From NCBI GenBank assembly GCA_049617635.1, contig JBMZJQ010000001.1:17299-81298 (forward strand): 64,000 nt of DNA. Reading direction: 5' to 3'. Below are positions 62,340 through 64,000 of the stretch, piece by piece. Each line of letters starts with the position of its first letter. The stretch's first letter is position 1. The translations under genes were made by a program, and so were the position numbers. Under the pieces are notes generated by a model. It had not been told where the DNA came from. It did no database searches and saw only the letters and a list, made by a program, of their open reading frames with translations. The stretch is from Poseidonia sp. (GTDB taxonomy: Archaea; Thermoplasmatota; Poseidoniia; Poseidoniales; Poseidoniaceae).

Positions 62340-64000
62340 ATGGGCGCAAGCATGGGCCACCGCACCGCCGCCGTGGGGTTGGTGGGCTTGCTCTTGCTCA
62401 TGCTCGCTCCGCTCCAGCACCCTGTGCTCGAGGACGAGCCGATGGTGCTCGGAACGTCCGGATTTGACCCCGGTGTTTCCGATGTGCCGGTGTGGCGTGT
62501 AGGGGACCGCTGGATTTACTCAGGTACCTTCGACCCCAGCATCTTGATCACCGATACCGGTGTTGACGCCACCGTTGGCGAAATCCAAGGGGACACGACC
62601 TCGCAGGTCATGGGCATCACAACCCGGAACGTCGACAACATGACGGTCTTGGCGTATGAGCTTCGCACCTCAGCAAATTTTGACAAATCCGGTGTGAGGC
62701 TGGAAGGTTACACGGGCAACGTCTACATCCAATTCACGCAGACTGAATACCTCCGTGTGAGCGACCTCAGTTCCATCCGCAGCGACCTTGACCTGTACAT
62801 TCGCTTTGTTCCCAGCGGCATCTCGTTCCTCGAACAGATTTTGGGCGATATCACCATCACCACCACCTATTCCCCGGTGAACGAAAATTACGATTTCCCA
62901 CTTCGAGCGGATGAACGATGGTCGACGACGACCACCTCCTATTCCCAATGGTCGGGGCAAAGCGATTACATCACGCCGTTCCCACCGCCAAAAACCGACA
63001 CCAACACCACCACTTGGGTGGTCACGGACGTGGGTAAACCCGTCAACTCCATCGGCCAGTCCACCGATTACGGCGGATGCAACGGGTCCTACGAGATGAC
63101 CTCCTACAACAAAGACGGCGTTTCAGAGGGGTACCGTTGGTATTGCCCCGAAGTTCGCAACTACGCATGGCTCCACACCGACGACGACATCGGCTTGACC
63201 ATCGACTTCCGACTCAAGCGCTACGACCCTGTCGGAGCCACCGGCGTGTCACCCTACACCAACCCGGGGACGCGGTCGGATTGTTTGGAGGTCGTCCCTG
63301 AACGTACGGTCACTGCACTGAACTCGCCGATGCAGGTGTGGGTCAATGCCTCTTCATCGTGTTTCACCAACCCCGCAGGTCTGTCCTTGGAACTGCACCA
63401 TGAAACAGAAGGCTTCGTGCAAACACTGACGACCGCCGCCAACGGAAGCGCATGGACCACCATCGACGTGGGCGACGCTTTGGACTCATCCGCCACCCTC
63501 CTCGACTATGCCAGCCACGGGTTGGTCGCCAAAGCCGGAGACAAGGTCGGTGCGGCAACCGTCACCTTGGACCAATATCTGGTCGGTTTGGACGTCTTCG
63601 CCGATGAAGAAGCGGCCGTCATTTTGCGAGAACGGTGCGTTGGAGAGGATTGCACAACCACCCAACTCAACGCTCTTTCCGGGTACAATGTTTTGCCCGG
63701 AGATGTTCTTGACATCGAGGTCTCCTTCAACAACCGAGGCATCACGACCTCCGCTGCCAGCGATGCTCGACTGGTCGCTCCGGACGGCGTGACAACCACG
63801 ACCGAGTTGCCTGCCCTCCAAACCTATCAAACCTACAAAATGCAGTACGTGTGGACGGTTCCCGAAAGCGCCAGTATCGGCACCCTGCAAATCGTTTGGG
63901 AAGCCGATAGAGCGCGCTTGAACACCGCTGATGTCAATTTCCAAAACAACGTTGGGAGCATCGAATTATTTGTCGGCAGGTTGCCCACACCCCGCGCATC
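62340..64000 (+). CDS. large secreted/surface protein, 3' end outside window (N-terminal PxWxVGDxWxY domain, later CARDB-like module); NOT present in the supplied ORF track
   Basis: I translated this frame by hand from 62340 to 64000 and found no stop. Signal peptide MGHRTAAVGLVGLLLLMLAP. The CARDB-like segment runs from LPGDVLDIEVSFNNRGITTS to TLQIVWEAD. Alternative starts: ATG 62313 or 62352. Confidence 0.8.
   Translation, partial: MGASMGHRTAAVGLVGLLLLMLAPLQHPVLEDEPMVLGTSGFDPGVSDVPVWRVGDRWIYSGTFDPSILITDTGVDATVGEIQGDTTSQVMGITTRNVDNMTVLAYELRTSANFDKSGVRLEGYTGNVYIQFTQTEYLRVSDLSSIRSDLDLYIRFVPSGISFLEQILGDITITTTYSPVNENYDFPLRADERWSTTTTSYSQWSGQSDYITPFPPPKTDTNTTTWVVTDVGKPVNSIGQSTDYGGCNGSYEMTSYNKDGVSEGYRWYCPEVRNYAWLHTDDDIGLTIDFRLKRYDPVGATGVSPYTNPGTRSDCLEVVPERTVTALNSPMQVWVNASSSCFTNPAGLSLELHHETEGFVQTLTTAANGSAWTTIDVGDALDSSATLLDYASHGLVAKAGDKVGAATVTLDQYLVGLDVFADEEAAVILRERCVGEDCTTTQLNALSGYNVLPGDVLDIEVSFNNRGITTSAASDARLVAPDGVTTTTELPALQTYQTYKMQYVWTVPESASIGTLQIVWEADRARLNTADVNFQNNVGSIELFVGRLPTPRA

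Noticed and set aside
62670-63944. Minus-strand ORFs 62670..62960, 63254..63496 and 63486..63944, offered by the track where no plus-strand ORF was listed
   Set aside because: They lie antisense to a stop-free plus-strand frame of at least 553 codons that has a signal peptide and a CARDB-like domain. They are shadow ORFs.
1-64000. Scan for CRISPR arrays, rRNA, IS elements, toxin-antitoxin pairs and known defence-system hallmarks
   Set aside because: By eye I saw no regularly spaced direct repeats, no transposase, integrase or Cas-like motifs and no rRNA-like segments. Absence cannot be proven without computational repeat and HMM searches.

Overview
GC-rich, densely coding archaeal chromosome segment with about 55 protein genes and one tRNA. 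I saw no rRNA, CRISPR array or recognisable mobile element. Archaeal identity rests on a complete archaellum operon (arlB-arlB-unknown-arlF-arlG-arlH-arlI-arlJ, minus strand, 10.9-18.6 kb), a TATA-binding protein gene behind a textbook TTTTATATA box, an archaeal-type tRNA-Glu(UUC), mevalonate kinase and class III signal peptides on the archaellins. Many genes have GGAGGTGAT-like Shine-Dalgarno motifs and are chained by 4-nt (ATGA/GTGA) or 8-nt (ATGnnTGA) overlaps. The supplied ORF track evidently translates GTG/TTG starts as M, so I re-picked several starts by hand. Housekeeping content: H+-pyrophosphatase, PolX, endonuclease III, MutY, a MutS-like ATPase, IleRS, CysRS, NAD synthase, TrhO and a thiol-redox set (two peroxiredoxins, glutaredoxin, thioredoxin, a TlpA-like lipoprotein, NifU-like, FMN reductase, pirin). 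About a quarter of the window (about 16 kb, summed from my coordinates) encodes five large envelope or secreted proteins. These are two proteins of about 1,650-1,700 aa, an ELWxxDGT/collagen-like protein, an LTD-amidohydrolase, and a 3'-truncated CARDB protein that is absent from the ORF track. There are also five lipobox (L-[AS]-G-C) lipoproteins. This profile fits a particle-associated marine Thermoplasmatota such as Marine Group II/Poseidoniales, but that placement is inference only. Best candidate for an undescribed system: three uncharacterised genes at 18.6-25.0 kb. They encode a small helical protein, a giant multi-beta-sandwich protein with a polytopic C-terminal anchor, and a coiled-coil/beta-sandwich cytoplasmic partner. 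They are translationally coupled and sit head-to-tail on the archaellum operon, which itself has an unknown acidic protein where ArlC/D/E or ArlX is expected. Other leads: a fused aconitase-X gene coupled to an epimerase, a TBP with a 22-aa insertion, sequon-free archaellins, and a three-element inverted repeat with a mini-uORF. All calls come from motifs read by eye. No database search, structure prediction or statistics could be run.
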